Of a stretch of 64,000 bases of DNA, positions 31,526-44,116 are shown one piece after another. Location: the NCBI GenBank assembly GCA_035656295.1, contig DASRSU010000008.1:8110-72109 (forward strand), given 5' to 3'. The number at the start of each line of letters is the position of its first letter. Positions within the stretch are counted from its first letter, which is position 1. The stretch comes from Candidatus Bathyarchaeia archaeon. Its GTDB lineage: Archaea; Thermoproteota; Bathyarchaeia; 40CM-2-53-6. The position numbers and the translations under genes were made by a program. The notes under the pieces were generated by a model. The model made no database searches, was not told where the DNA came from, and saw only the letters and a list, made by a program, of their open reading frames with translations.

Positions 31526-31903
31526 TCACGGCCTACTAGAAGCTCGTCTCAAAACTAGGTGAACATAACCCCTCAAGTAGGGATGAAGATGATATGCGAA
31601 AAGCTCCGACATTGAATCCCAGATTTTGAGAATCTCCTTGTATCCCATATCCGAGATGTAAATCACAAGACTAGCTCCTGTTGTGGGACCCGTAGGATTT
31701 TCAGGGTTCCTGAGATATTCCAAGCCGGGTTCTTTCAAATAAGAAACATGCTGCTTGTCAAGTTCCTCGGAAACCTTTGCGAGGGCCAGTTCAATTGTCT
31801 CCTCGTAATACGCTGCGGCAATCCCAAGAAGCAGGCGGTCAGTGACTTTTTCAACTGACTTTTTCTCTTCTACGATGCTTGGTTCTTTCTTTTTTCTGTC
31901 CAT
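31526..31903 (-). CDS. hypothetical phage protein
   Basis: 125-aa ORF in the structural operon. Confidence 0.3.
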   Translation of the reverse strand: MDRKKKEPSIVEEKKSVEKVTDRLLLGIAAAYYEETIELALAKVSEELDKQHVSYLKEPGLEYLRNPENPTGPTTGASLVIYISDMGYKEILKIWDSMSELFAYHLHPYLRGYVHLVLRRASSRP

Positions 31904-32242
31904 TGGCTATTTCGACTTGTACGCTCAAACAATGACGCCGCGTTTGACCCAGCGCTTGAACAGTTCGTCAAGACCGTATTCTATCGCGTTTGCCTTGTTC
32001 CAGTCATCACAATATTGTTGAGGTGCTTTCTTTTTGTTGTGCCTTTCGAGTTCTCTGTTTTCCAGCTCGTCCACCCGTTTTAGCAGGTAGTCTATGTCGG
32101 CCTGGTTGCCTGGCTTCACTGATTTCTTTTTCCACTTTCGCATTTTGATCTTGAACCCAGCTGAGATAATATACTGTAGCGCCTCCCAAGAGGAAGCCAG
32201 CGATCAGTAGGACTGCTTCGAACAATTATGAGAGTCTCACGA

Positions 32243-33121
32243 TCACGTAATTGTCACGGTCTTCGCCGTGAAGGCATACTTCTCGTAGACGACCTCTGTC
32301 GGGTCAAACTTCCACGACTCGAGTCGTGTAATGTAGCAGCCTGACAATGTCAACGTCGAGGTCGCGCTCTTGAGGACCCAGCTAATCGTATTGGACGTGG
32401 CGTTGGTGAGATTAGTGTACTGGCCGGTGTCTTCCCAGATGATCGTGAATGTGCCGTTGATACGGCGCTGTTTTGGGGGCATGAACTTTTGCTGTGACTG
32501 GCCGAGAACGTGCAGCTTCTCCACGTTCCGTTCGAAGGTTACCTGAATCTCCCGGACGTCAGGATTAGCGGCACCGATCGTGACCGGGTTGACGCCTCCA
32601 TCGTAGAAGGACCAGGGTGTCACGGCCGGATCCGTTGCATAACTGCCTGAGCCGATTGGAGTACTAGTTGACGGGACAGGAATCGATTTTGCGGTAAGCG
32701 TGCACTTGACCTTAGTCAGGTCCCCGTATCTCGAGGAAATTGTCAGGCTGCCTACTCTACTGCCGAGCAGCTGGACAAAGTTTTCGGTTCCAGACATTTT
32801 CGCGGAGAAGAGTATGCTGAGACTCTTGTCAATCGTGCCAGTACCTCCACCTTGACTACTGATGGCGTATTTTGCGAAGGTAGAGCTCGCCATGGCGTAT
32901 TCCATTTCCATCGAATAGGTCTCTGCGCCTTTGAGAATGTAGACGAGATCTTCAACGCCAAGCTGTGGTACGAGAATGTTCTGCATGTCAGCCTTGACGT
33001 CAGCATTGCCTATTGGTGCGATCCAGGACATTGCCGGATTCGTTGGAAAGACGCCATAGCTGGCTTCTTCGGCATACTGGAGGTTCTTGACAACTAGCCA
33101 GCCTCCGCTGGGACTTGACAT
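32243..33121 (-). CDS. putative major tail / tail tube protein
   Basis: 292-aa beta-rich protein upstream of the gp10-like and tail-fibre genes; positional inference only. Confidence 0.3.
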   Translation of the reverse strand: MSSPSGGWLVVKNLQYAEEASYGVFPTNPAMSWIAPIGNADVKADMQNILVPQLGVEDLVYILKGAETYSMEMEYAMASSTFAKYAISSQGGGTGTIDKSLSILFSAKMSGTENFVQLLGSRVGSLTISSRYGDLTKVKCTLTAKSIPVPSTSTPIGSGSYATDPAVTPWSFYDGGVNPVTIGAANPDVREIQVTFERNVEKLHVLGQSQQKFMPPKQRRINGTFTIIWEDTGQYTNLTNATSNTISWVLKSATSTLTLSGCYITRLESWKFDPTEVVYEKYAFTAKTVTIT

Positions 33122-33125
33122 TTTG

Positions 33126-33965
33126 TTACACTCTGTTGAAGATTAGGATTTGACGGAAGGCATGGCGCTTCTGGCCCATCTTGACCTTGACCGAGTTGTG
33201 GCTTGTTCTGAATGGCAGGAGCGAGAAGCGCTTGTAGAATTCGCGGATCTCTGGCGTATCATCATAGGTCATGATGAACTTGCCATGGATCCCGGCCAGC
33301 AGCTGTGCTAGATCCTTGTGGTCTTGTTCTATGAACGAGTAGTAGCCCTTGCTGACAGTTGAAAGATATGGCGGGTCTAGGAAGAATAGTGTTCCAGCAC
33401 TATCCCAGTTTCTGATGCACTTTCGAAAGTCGAGGTGGTCGATGTTGACGGATCTAAGCCGTTGGCTGAGATAGGCGACACGGCCTGCGATGTTCGTCCA
33501 GCTTGCAGAGCCGCCATGGGCCCCAGAACGATCAAAACGCCATCCTTTAGTGGGATCACCGACAAAAGCGCTGGAGATCGTGTAGGCGGTTCGTACTGCA
33601 GCTTCGACACGGTCAAGGCCAACTGTTTCGATGTCCTCTTCCAGCTGATCTCTCCACTCATAGTACAATTGCCTGCTGTAGTGGAGCCAGCGACATTTCT
33701 CGAGGAACTGAACCGGACTGTTCCTGACCGTCTCGAAAAAGTTGACAAGCCATCCGTTCCGGTCATTGTAAACTTCAATCTCGCTCGGCGGTTTTGCTAG
33801 GAGAACGCTGGCGGCGCCGCCGAATACTTCAACATAGATTTTGTGGGAGGGGAGTAGTCCCGCTATCTTCGGGGCCAAGCGGTATTTCCCGCCTCGCCAG
33901 GGAAACGCTGCGATTCTCTTGCACGCGCTGCTTCCAGTAGCGATGACAGTATCTAGCAAGATCAA
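33126..33965 (-). CDS. dam: Dam-type (D12 class) N6-adenine DNA methyltransferase
   Basis: FPWRGGKYRLAPKI, EVFGGAASV (AdoMet site), FFLDPPYLSTVSKGYY (DPPY). Confidence 0.8.
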   Translation of the reverse strand: MILLDTVIATGSSACKRIAAFPWRGGKYRLAPKIAGLLPSHKIYVEVFGGAASVLLAKPPSEIEVYNDRNGWLVNFFETVRNSPVQFLEKCRWLHYSRQLYYEWRDQLEEDIETVGLDRVEAAVRTAYTISSAFVGDPTKGWRFDRSGAHGGSASWTNIAGRVAYLSQRLRSVNIDHLDFRKCIRNWDSAGTLFFLDPPYLSTVSKGYYSFIEQDHKDLAQLLAGIHGKFIMTYDDTPEIREFYKRFSLLPFRTSHNSVKVKMGQKRHAFRQILIFNRV

Positions 33966-34191
33966 TCAGTGCGACGAAGTGATTCAGGGCTTGGCGCTGC
34001 ACTCTCCCATCTTTGAGCCAGGCGTGATACTTCGTCTGGCATTCTCCACAGAGAAGCATCTCCAGGTAGAGTTTTGGCTCCTCGGCCTTGTTGTGATAGG
34101 ACAGGCCAGAATGCCAGGCACCAGTGCGTGGAGCCGGTACCCTGAGTTCTTCGATGGGCGCTGCCATGTCACAATTATTGCATCGAAACAA
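33829..34191 (-). CDS. Cys/His-rich putative zinc-binding protein
   Basis: CNNC...CGEC...H..H spacing; the 3' end overlaps the Dam ORF by ~137 nt in another frame, so the true boundaries are uncertain. Confidence 0.3.
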   Translation of the reverse strand: MFRCNNCDMAAPIEELRVPAPRTGAWHSGLSYHNKAEEPKLYLEMLLCGECQTKYHAWLKDGRVQRQALNHFVALIDLARYCHRYWKQRVQENRSVSLARREIPLGPEDSGTTPLPQNLC

Positions 34192-34200
34192 TAGTAAGAA

Positions 34201-34692
34201 CTAGGAAGTACTCATTTCGAAGATTTGTCCGATGATGCGGGCTTCCACGTGTAATCGTGGAGGATCTCTATCGAGCTCGCTGCGGTCCTGCCAGGGTCCA
34301 AGGAGGATGTGTTGTATTCCGCTCCCGGCTGTCTCGCCCTGGATTCGAATTATGCGCCGGATCTCCTGCAACATATTGTACAAGCTAGTGTGCGCCTGCT
34401 CGATCGTCAGCTGCGGGTTTGGCAGGATCCAGACGTGAACGGCCATGTTCTCCGGATTATGGTATTTCGTGATCGTGCCCAGCTGCAGGGCCCGGTAGGG
34501 CTTGTTGAGTGGCCGAACAGTGATCTGGAATGGATGAAGCCGCAGCGGTGCGTATGCATACCACCGGTTTGTGAAGTGGACCTTGGTAGGATCCTGTGTC
34601 GCTGCTGTTGCAATGTCTTTGTTTGGTGAGGTTGCTGTCCAGTTGTTGTAGAGCAGGTTGGCTACTGCAACAATCGGTTCTACAGTGCTCAA
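34201..34692 (-). CDS. hypothetical virion protein
   Basis: 163-aa ORF in the operon. Confidence 0.3.
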   Translation of the reverse strand: MSTVEPIVAVANLLYNNWTATSPNKDIATAATQDPTKVHFTNRWYAYAPLRLHPFQITVRPLNKPYRALQLGTITKYHNPENMAVHVWILPNPQLTIEQAHTSLYNMLQEIRRIIRIQGETAGSGIQHILLGPWQDRSELDRDPPRLHVEARIIGQIFEMSTS

Positions 34693-34698
34693 GGACTC

Positions 34699-36210
34699 TC
34701 AGAGACCATACCATTTCCAAGAACTAGGTACAGTGGTCGCATACCAGATTTGTTCACCATAATCGAGCTGGACAACCGTCGGATCAATGCCGACCAGTGT
34801 ATCGACCGGGTTCGCTCCATCGCCCAATGGTCCAGAATCTATGATGTGAGTCCCGCTGATTGTACCGGCTGCGTAGATCCTCACCGGGCGAGGATAGAAG
34901 CATCTGCGTGCATTAGCAACGCCCGTTCCGACCGGGACCGCAGGCACTCTTGTGAGACTCCATCCTGCGGGCGGTGGCTGAAAATCAAACTGTCCCCAAC
35001 CACCAGTCTGTGGATCACCGATCGCAATGGTCGTGCCAGTTAGGAAGTTGTTTTCCCAAGTCAGCTTCTTGCCCATAGTCATGATAGAGCCGGCAGGAGC
35101 ACTGACCCATTTCGGAGTAGCGTCGAGACTGTTGAAGTTGCAGTTCCTGAAGTTGGCATTACTGCAGATGAGTGAGCCCGTTCCGGAGGATGCAAAGGCG
35201 GCGGAGGAATTCTTGAGTCCGATATAGCAGCCCATCCAGTCTATCGTGTTGACAGTGTTGGTCTGGTTTCCGTTGTTGATGAGCTTGTGAACACCTGCCG
35301 GCTGACTGTTGGCAAGGAAGAGGTCACGCAAGGAGAGCAGTATCGTGTTGGTGTACGTGATTGAATTGGCTAGCTGATTCTCGACAACAATCTGGTTCAG
35401 CACGCTATTGTAGACTTTGACCTGGTTGCCGATGACGTGCAGCGCTGCGCTCGTGCCGCCTGGCTGCGGCCAGATGAGGCGACTGACAGTAATGTCTCCG
35501 TTGAAAGTCTTAGCGTAAACCTCGCCCGCCAAGCAGGTAGCATTGTCTGCCCAGATCAGATCCATGACCGAGGCTTCACAGCCCGTCATGTCAACGAGAG
35601 TCGTAAAATTACGGAAGAACTGTAGATCGTGGACAAAGTTGTTTTGTGTTGTCTGGTTGACCTCTTGGTTGGTTTGGTTGAAATCTACACCAGTAACGCC
35701 AGTGAATGTGCCCGAGTCGAAGCCGAAATGCAGCAGTCTGACACTGTTCTGTGGAAGCGCGGTCGCCATGCTGAGAAGTTTGAGATTGTTAGCGTTGGCC
35801 TTGAGAACGGTAGCTGCACTAGTTTCGCCCTCGAGATAGATCCCTGTTTTCGGCGCGATGTTCGTGTTCACGGGGTAAGTTGCGTCTCTGACGAAGACAC
35901 GGCTGTTTGCTCTATCGATAGCTTCCTGGATCCCGTTCTTGTAGTTGCTGTGATGAATGTAGTGTAGTCCATGCAGCCGGTAGAATGTCTTGTTCCCGAT
36001 CTTTCGCCAGATTCCTTCTTCAGGAATTATTATGAGACTCTCATTTCTCGGTTTACGGTCGTCTGCTTCTAGTCTCAGAATGTGAGACTGTATCCGTTCT
36101 GAAAGTGGTTTGACGGGTTTGATTGGTCCCCTTGGAAAACGATGGTTGAAGTCTAGACCATTGAGCGGTGGCCGTGGTGTTGGGTTTGGATTGTCATAGC
36201 CGTCAAGCAT
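34699..36210 (-). CDS. right-handed beta-helix (pectate-lyase-like) tailspike / depolymerase-like protein
   Basis: 503 aa with repetitive N-x-x-N/V-x-N beta-helix rungs (VIGNQVKVYNSVLNQIVVENQLANSITYTNTILL...). Confidence 0.5.
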   Translation of the reverse strand: MLDGYDNPNPTPRPPLNGLDFNHRFPRGPIKPVKPLSERIQSHILRLEADDRKPRNESLIIIPEEGIWRKIGNKTFYRLHGLHYIHHSNYKNGIQEAIDRANSRVFVRDATYPVNTNIAPKTGIYLEGETSAATVLKANANNLKLLSMATALPQNSVRLLHFGFDSGTFTGVTGVDFNQTNQEVNQTTQNNFVHDLQFFRNFTTLVDMTGCEASVMDLIWADNATCLAGEVYAKTFNGDITVSRLIWPQPGGTSAALHVIGNQVKVYNSVLNQIVVENQLANSITYTNTILLSLRDLFLANSQPAGVHKLINNGNQTNTVNTIDWMGCYIGLKNSSAAFASSGTGSLICSNANFRNCNFNSLDATPKWVSAPAGSIMTMGKKLTWENNFLTGTTIAIGDPQTGGWGQFDFQPPPAGWSLTRVPAVPVGTGVANARRCFYPRPVRIYAAGTISGTHIIDSGPLGDGANPVDTLVGIDPTVVQLDYGEQIWYATTVPSSWKWYGL

Positions 36211-36411
36211 TGGTTATCGCCGTCTGAATAACAGTGGCGTCAGTCCCAGTTGCGTCAACTGTACTGCTGCCCTTCATTGTGTCAGCGCGATAATTTGTGC
36301 CATCGTACCAGACGAGATATGCGTAGGAAGCCTGACGTCTCGCCCGGAGTGGTGCAGCGACCCAGCCTGTGCTGCTTGTCGGAGTCTGGTATACTACTGA
36401 GCTCATGAGAA

Positions 36412-37011
36412 CTAACCTACGGCAGCTGGTAGAGACTGGAATCTCGCAAGTAGTCGAGTGACGCGCTCGTCAAGCTTTGTCTTCATGAAGCCCTGGTCTT
36501 CCTGAATATTCAATTGTGAACCCCAGAAGGTGAGAACGTCCCGGGCCGTTATTGTCGCGGAGAGATCTCTGATCGCGTCTGGAACGCTTGCATAGCCCCA
36601 GGTGTATGTTACGCGGTAGCGGAGGGTATCGTCAAGGCGTAGCTTGTGCCACTGGATCTTGCCCTCAGGATAATAGACGTAATAGGTCTGGTTACTAGGA
36701 AATTGAGTTGGGTATCCTTCGACGCCGGCAATCCATGTCTGGGTCCCGGGATCCCAGTATTCGACGGTTGTAACTGAGAGCAGTGGACTATTGCGGAGAA
36801 TTATCTTGCCAGCGCGTGGGCCCGTACCGATCGCGTCATATCGTTCCTGGACGTTGTTCTGGTACCAGTTGTGACCCGTGGCCTTGTCAACATACGAGTC
36901 TGCCCGGGCAATAAGATCCGTAACCTGCGTCGACGTCGGAACTGTCGAACTAGTGAAAGTCAGGTTGAGAATATTGCTGACGTCAGCTGGAGCACTGTAT
37001 GGCAGCTTTTT
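36412..37011 (-). CDS. gp6-like head-tail connector (adaptor) protein; open frame without a canonical start codon
   Basis: Not in the ORF track. Hand translation of the minus strand gives a ~195-codon open frame (...PTSTQVTDLIARADSYVDKATGHNWYQNNVQERYDAIGTGPRAGKIILRNSPLLSVTTVEYWDPGTQ...YYPEGKIQWH...). This fits the gp6/gp15-like connector pattern. There is no ATG/GTG/TTG in the first ~170 codons. Confidence 0.45.
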   Translation of the reverse strand, partial: KKLPYSAPADVSNILNLTFTSSTVPTSTQVTDLIARADSYVDKATGHNWYQNNVQERYDAIGTGPRAGKIILRNSPLLSVTTVEYWDPGTQTWIAGVEGYPTQFPSNQTYYVYYPEGKIQWHKLRLDDTLRYRVTYTWGYASVPDAIRDLSATITARDVLTFWGSQLNIQEDQGFMKTKLDERVTRLLARFQSLPAAVG

Positions 37012-37216
37012 TCACCATTAATTGGTAGACGAGGTCGGGCAGCATCCTATCTCGAGTAGCCGGGTCGTATCTCCAGAGGGCATTTCCAATGGCGAGTACG
37101 CGTAAGCATTCACCGCAGACGAATCGGTTGTGGTGGATGGCGCCACCGGCACCTCTTTGATTCTTGGAAGCACGGCAGAAGGTGCATCCTGTATCAATTA
37201 TTTCCGGGATCATCAT
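36983..37216 (-). CDS. small zinc-ribbon protein
   Basis: CTFC...CGEC; 77 aa. Its last 10 codons overlap the connector frame. Confidence 0.35.
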   Translation of the reverse strand: MMIPEIIDTGCTFCRASKNQRGAGGAIHHNRFVCGECLRVLAIGNALWRYDPATRDRMLPDLVYQLMVKKAAIQCSS

Positions 37217-37569
37217 AGGCGCTTCCGGATCTGCTGCAGCTTGTCAAGTGACTGTTTCATCGAATTGTAACTAGGAACCGGGAAAAACGGGAGGTTGACC
37301 GGCGGCAAAACCTGGTTAGCGGGTGCTCCACGATCGAGCGGTGTAGGCTTCTCCAGCTGCTGCATCAACGGACTTTGTTGAATGTCCTGTGAGTGGGCTT
37401 TGCGATGGGCCTCTTTCGGCGAAAAGCCTGCTTGGATTCCTTCCACGTTCCAGCGGGCGAAGACACACATTGAACAGGTCTTGTTGTCAGCGTACTCGCA
37501 CTGGAGGCATGGATAGGATCCGTCGATCCTGCGCCCATTGCGATAGTGGCGTGCTGGGAGACTGTCCAA
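37213..37569 (-). CDS. Cys/His-rich hypothetical protein
   Basis: 118 aa, CLQCEY...CSMC. Confidence 0.3.
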   Translation of the reverse strand: MDSLPARHYRNGRRIDGSYPCLQCEYADNKTCSMCVFARWNVEGIQAGFSPKEAHRKAHSQDIQQSPLMQQLEKPTPLDRGAPANQVLPPVNLPFFPVPSYNSMKQSLDKLQQIRKRL

Positions 37570-37571
37570 GA

Positions 37572-38042
37572 CTAGCCCTTGGAATCAAGTTCGACTGCGA
37601 CAGTGTTCGTGCCAGAAGTGAAGACGCTACAGGTTTCTGTGATTTTCACAAAGTTACCGAATGGGCCGATGACACTTCCAGTCGACGGAGGACTTGCAGG
37701 AGGATAGACAGCTGCTGATACCGCCCCTCCCATCTCCGAAAGAATTACGACAGTGGTCCCGTTGGCGGTGAGTGAGATGCTGAAGAATGGGTTGCTACCG
37801 ATAGTGTTGCCCTGGCTGTCACAGGGATAGATCTTCACAACGACGGTTGCAGTTCCCCATGCCGAGGCTACAACAGACATCACTATGGACCGGTAAGAAT
37901 CAACAGGTACAATGTCCACAGTCGTTTCGGCTTCTGTTGCTCCAAAGTTGCCACTGTACTTGATGATGCTGGATATAGCACGGCTCGGAAGTTGGGAGGC
38001 CGGGATCTTTGCGATCCTGTCCGCAATATTCATGTTTACCAT
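37572..38042 (-). CDS. hypothetical head protein (possible decoration / Ig-like)
   Basis: 156-aa beta-rich ORF directly downstream of the MCP candidate. Confidence 0.3.
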   Translation of the reverse strand: MVNMNIADRIAKIPASQLPSRAISSIIKYSGNFGATEAETTVDIVPVDSYRSIVMSVVASAWGTATVVVKIYPCDSQGNTIGSNPFFSISLTANGTTVVILSEMGGAVSAAVYPPASPPSTGSVIGPFGNFVKITETCSVFTSGTNTVAVELDSKG

Positions 38043-38131
38043 TGTTTTTCAGACTCATGAAAGGGTGAAGGAGAAACTAGGAAATACGGGAATCGCTCCC
38101 ACGTGAAAATAGATGGGAGGAAGAAAATCAG

Positions 38132-39106
38132 TTACGCGTGCTTGATAGAGCCAGTGAACTCGTCCAGCACAAGCCCCGTTTTTCCGATCGAGTGCGTCAC
38201 GATTCGGAAACCGACCTGTAGCGCCCATCTTTGAATCTCAGAGACAATGTCTTCTGCCTGTGCCCATCCGACAGCCTCGTTCGAAACGAGAATGTGTCCG
38301 ATGGTGTCATTGGCGTTGCTGCCGAAGTTCGCGATGGCACGATCGTACTGCTTGTCAACGTACAATTGCAGGCCGAAAAGACTTGCAATCGAACCTGTTC
38401 GCAGATAGTCTGCAAGTGCCGCCGTGAACTGTACGCTGGTGATGTTGCTCTGGATGAATGGGTACCAGCCGATTTCGACACCGGTCGATACTGCTGGCGA
38501 CTGTGGTACGGTTACGAATGCGTCAGGTCTTCCCCGCTGGCGTTCGATTTGTCCTCTGAGGTTGGTGATGTCGCTGAAAGCATAGTTGGTCGTCCTGCCA
38601 TCGGCTGCTGTGCCGACAGTTCGGCTGTTGACGCTGTTGGTTGTTAGTACGGTGTAGATGTCGTTGTTCATTTGCTGGTTGATGCTGTTGCCGTGTGCGA
38701 TTCCGTAAACCTCTGCGAGGTTGACGGCTGCTTGTCGCTGTGCCATGTCGCTGATGAACGAGCCGACCCTGAACATCACCAGTGTTCCAGTGACGTCCGT
38801 CCCGGTCTCGTCCTGCAGCGTAATGTCCGCTGCTGGTTCTCCAGAGGCGCTGGGCACCTGGGTCACGACTTTCTGGAAGTGGAACACGCTACCTCCACCT
38901 GGAGGCACTAATTCCACACGGCAGAAGCGTCGCGCGTCGACCAATGTGAGCAGCTGTATGGCTGCCCTGGTGGCTACGAGTTGTGCGAGCGAGACGCCGG
39001 CAGTCGATGAGAGTACTTCGCGGACTGTGACGTTGGCGTATTTCTCTGTCAATCGCCCGAAGTCGAGCGATTGAGCGCTCATGCTGGGTCCTACTGCTAT
39101 TGCCAA
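38132..39106 (-). CDS. putative major capsid protein (HK97-fold, by size and position)
   Basis: 324 aa, immediately downstream of the prohead protease/scaffold gene; TTG-initiated ORF (internal ATG at Met9). Motif-level identification not possible by eye. Confidence 0.5.
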   Translation of the reverse strand: MAIAVGPSMSAQSLDFGRLTEKYANVTVREVLSSTAGVSLAQLVATRAAIQLLTLVDARRFCRVELVPPGGGSVFHFQKVVTQVPSASGEPAADITLQDETGTDVTGTLVMFRVGSFISDMAQRQAAVNLAEVYGIAHGNSINQQMNNDIYTVLTTNSVNSRTVGTAADGRTTNYAFSDITNLRGQIERQRGRPDAFVTVPQSPAVSTGVEIGWYPFIQSNITSVQFTAALADYLRTGSIASLFGLQLYVDKQYDRAIANFGSNANDTIGHILVSNEAVGWAQAEDIVSEIQRWALQVGFRIVTHSIGKTGLVLDEFTGSIKHA

Positions 39107-39378
39107 ATTTTCTATTCTTCCTCCTTTGGATTGGTTTCAGAAAACTAGTGTAACGCCGCACTGTATCCCTGGATTACCGATCGAGAGCTTGTCGAGGAAC
39201 TCGCCCGGAGTCCAGTCTCATGTGACAGTGCGGTTGTTACCGGAAATGTAGTGTCCAGGATCCGTCCTCTCGGGTGGGTACCGAGCTCCCACGATCCAGA
39301 TGCTGGACAAGCTACTAGGAAACGCTACACGGTGTGTAGCGTAGTACACAATGATGTGTCTAAGAAAACACAGGAAGT

Positions 39379-41576
<2,198 letters not shown>

Positions 41577-41580
<4 letters not shown>

Positions 41581-41795
41581 AGGTCTAAGACCTCGTGGCG
41601 GTGCGGCCGCTCTTTCGCCGCTGAAACCTTGGTGACGTCTAGAGGAACGTAGACTCCCAAGCTCTCTTTGGACGCGGGCTCTTTCAGTTCTGTAACGACA
41701 AGAATCAGACTGTTAGATCCGCAGTAGGAGCAGAACCGTGCGTTTGGTGAGAGAAGCATTACTTCTCTACAGTTTCCACACTTGTATTCAGTCAA
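41577..41795 (-). CDS. small zinc-ribbon protein
   Basis: CGNC...(17)...CSYC; 72 aa. ATGA overlap with the downstream protease gene. Confidence 0.4.
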
Positions 41796-42010
41796 TGTTT
41801 GATACCTCTGATTGACGATAGACCATCACGTAGGCCGGCCTGCTAGCTAGCTCAAGATGTCGCGAAATTTCCATAGGGATGCCGTCGTGAAGATGATCCT
41901 GAAGCCCGTAGATGTTACGAGTCACGCCAAACTCGCGGGTTTCATAGAGCCAGATGCTGCGAAAAATCTTCCAAATTTCGCGTGGCACAATCATTGAAAG
42001 TGCTACCGGA

Positions 42011-42208
42011 TTACAGCTTGGTCGAGATTCCGGCTAGAACGTGCTCGAGGAGCAGTCCGAGGAACAATACTAGAGCAGCAGCTGAGCCAGCTGCAAGGCC
42101 CGTAGTAACCGGGATTCCAAGCAGTGCTAGCCATGCAGTGAGAGCGACGGTCTCTACGATAGTGAAGAGAACAATCACGGCCAGTGCTTTACGATCTAAC
42201 AGTTTCAA
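42011..42208 (-). CDS. small 2-TM membrane protein (holin-like topology)
   Basis: 65 aa, two hydrophobic helices. Confidence 0.3.
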   Translation of the reverse strand: MKLLDRKALAVIVLFTIVETVALTAWLALLGIPVTTGLAAGSAAALVLFLGLLLEHVLAGISTKL

Positions 42209-42806
42209 GGATCTCGAATATCTCCGGTAATTCTGCGAATTCTAGGAGCTCGTCAACAGGCGTCCAGGTGAATGACTGGGAGAGCTCGGCCGTGCTATTA
42301 CTCACAGCCGAGACTCTGACTACACACGTCGACGAGACAGGCGTCTTCGACGAGAATGAACTACTGTGACTCTTGAGAATGACGCTGCGCTTCGAAAATC
42401 GCATTACTCAAACCGGTACTCTTCTACTGCCCGGGATCTTGCCTGGAGGCGTTTGTGAGAGGGTGCCACCAGGCGAGCTGTCAGGGCCCGTCTGGTAGTT
42501 TTGCGCGAAGTTACTCTGAGAGTGAAGTTAGCCCAGAACTTTGCCGGGTCTTGGAGCATTCGTAGGACAGCCTGCTGGTCCAGGCCGCCCGCGCGCGAGG
42601 CATTGATGAAATCGATGAGTGGAATAAGCACCTTAGGCTTCCTCTGAATATTGGCCAGCCAATTGTGCCAATGCCGTTGGGTTGCCGGTATTCCAAGTAG
42701 TGATTTGAGATTTTAGAGATGCAATTATCGCGTCCCATTGTGCTCGGGTAAGACCTACTATCGAAATCTTGATCTGTCCAGAACTTGCCATTGAATCACC
42801 AACCTT

Positions 42807-43496
42807 TCATGGAACTCCCATGTAGATCGCCAGAATGCTTCCGGCGCCAGTGTACACGGTGCATCTTGGTCTGAAGTACCTGAATGGTCGTGCGATTGCA
42901 TCTACCGAAAACTTGTAGGTACCGGAACCATCCGTGTTCGTATGAGTAAGTATCGTCGACCAGTTAGCGTTGTCAAAGGAGCCTTCTAAAATGACGGTCC
43001 ATGTTGTAGCGCCACTGTTGATTACTACAAACCCATAATATTTTGGGTTCCACCCAAAAGCGGTGAAGTCAAGGCTGACCCCCGTTCCAGTAGCAGTAAA
43101 TGTGTTTTGTTGTGGCGTAGCAAAGCCCGGTGGAAATTGTATTCCGGGAGTAACGCTGAGGATGTTTGTCGAAACAGTATTGAAAACTTGGACTGGTAGA
43201 TCCATCAACGCGGGCGTAAGCGCATCTGGAACTCCGGCGATGCCGCCAACCGTTGTACCATCGAGATAACTTGTCGCTTTTGCTAGCGTCGGCCAGTTCT
43301 GTGCCCCCGAATTGCCTTGGTTCGCAGTAACGGTGCCGGAGGAGATGGTCGTGCTAACAAGGGATACTGTCTGCGTACCACCGGGAATATTGCGGACGAC
43401 TAGAGCCTGCTCGTTACCAACGATCGCTGTCCCTTTGACCGCGGCGAGATTCGCGCTTGTCGTAGGGTCGCCGATTACAACAACATCCATCTCCAC
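42807..43496 (-). CDS. hypothetical virion protein (beta-rich, 229 aa)
   Basis: Gly/Thr/Asn-rich ORF between the portal and protease genes. Confidence 0.3.
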   Translation of the reverse strand: MEMDVVVIGDPTTSANLAAVKGTAIVGNEQALVVRNIPGGTQTVSLVSTTISSGTVTANQGNSGAQNWPTLAKATSYLDGTTVGGIAGVPDALTPALMDLPVQVFNTVSTNILSVTPGIQFPPGFATPQQNTFTATGTGVSLDFTAFGWNPKYYGFVVINSGATTWTVILEGSFDNANWSTILTHTNTDGSGTYKFSVDAIARPFRYFRPRCTVYTGAGSILAIYMGVP

Positions 43497-43750
43497 GACG
43501 ACAGAGTTGGCGGTAACTTCGCGGGTGCGGATTTTCTTGCCGGTATTGTCTGGAGCTACTTGGACGTATTTCTCGGACGTATGGGTTCTTCCCCTGGCTT
43601 CTTAGCCTCTTCTAGTGCTGAATGTTCAACGACCTTGACCTGGACCCATTTCGGGACCACTTTCGCCTGAACGATGATGAATCCATAACCGCATCCACAG
43701 GGGCAGAACGTGATCTGAGAATTTTCTGATTGACTCACAGATCCAGCCTT

Positions 43751-44113
43751 CTAATCACCGAACACGTAGAATTTTCCTTCCAGGGCAAAGTCGAATCGGA
43801 GATCTTCCTCTGCCTTGGCCATGTCCCAGACGATATCCACGGGGATAACTTGGCTGGGCTTGATTATTCGCTTGTCAGCGTTCAGAGCGACTGACAGGTC
43901 GACTCTTGTAGTGACGCGTATGTTGCCGATGTAGTAGGTGCGGTCTCCCTCGTTCTTGAGGTAGAGCTGGAATGTTTTCGTGCCGCCTTCGACATAGCTG
44001 ACTTCGCCTAGATCAACTGGTATCGGCTGCTCGTTTTCGTCGCGGACGTGTTCGACTGGCTGCTTGCAGGTCTCATCCCAGTACATGCGCAGCTTGACTT
44101 TTCCAGGCGCCAC
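43751..44113 (-). CDS. hypothetical head-morphogenesis protein
   Basis: 120-aa ORF immediately downstream of the portal region; a 60-aa CPCGCG zinc-ribbon ORF (43556..43738) follows. Confidence 0.3.
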   Translation of the reverse strand: MAPGKVKLRMYWDETCKQPVEHVRDENEQPIPVDLGEVSYVEGGTKTFQLYLKNEGDRTYYIGNIRVTTRVDLSVALNADKRIIKPSQVIPVDIVWDMAKAEEDLRFDFALEGKFYVFGD

Positions 44114-44116
44114 TAC

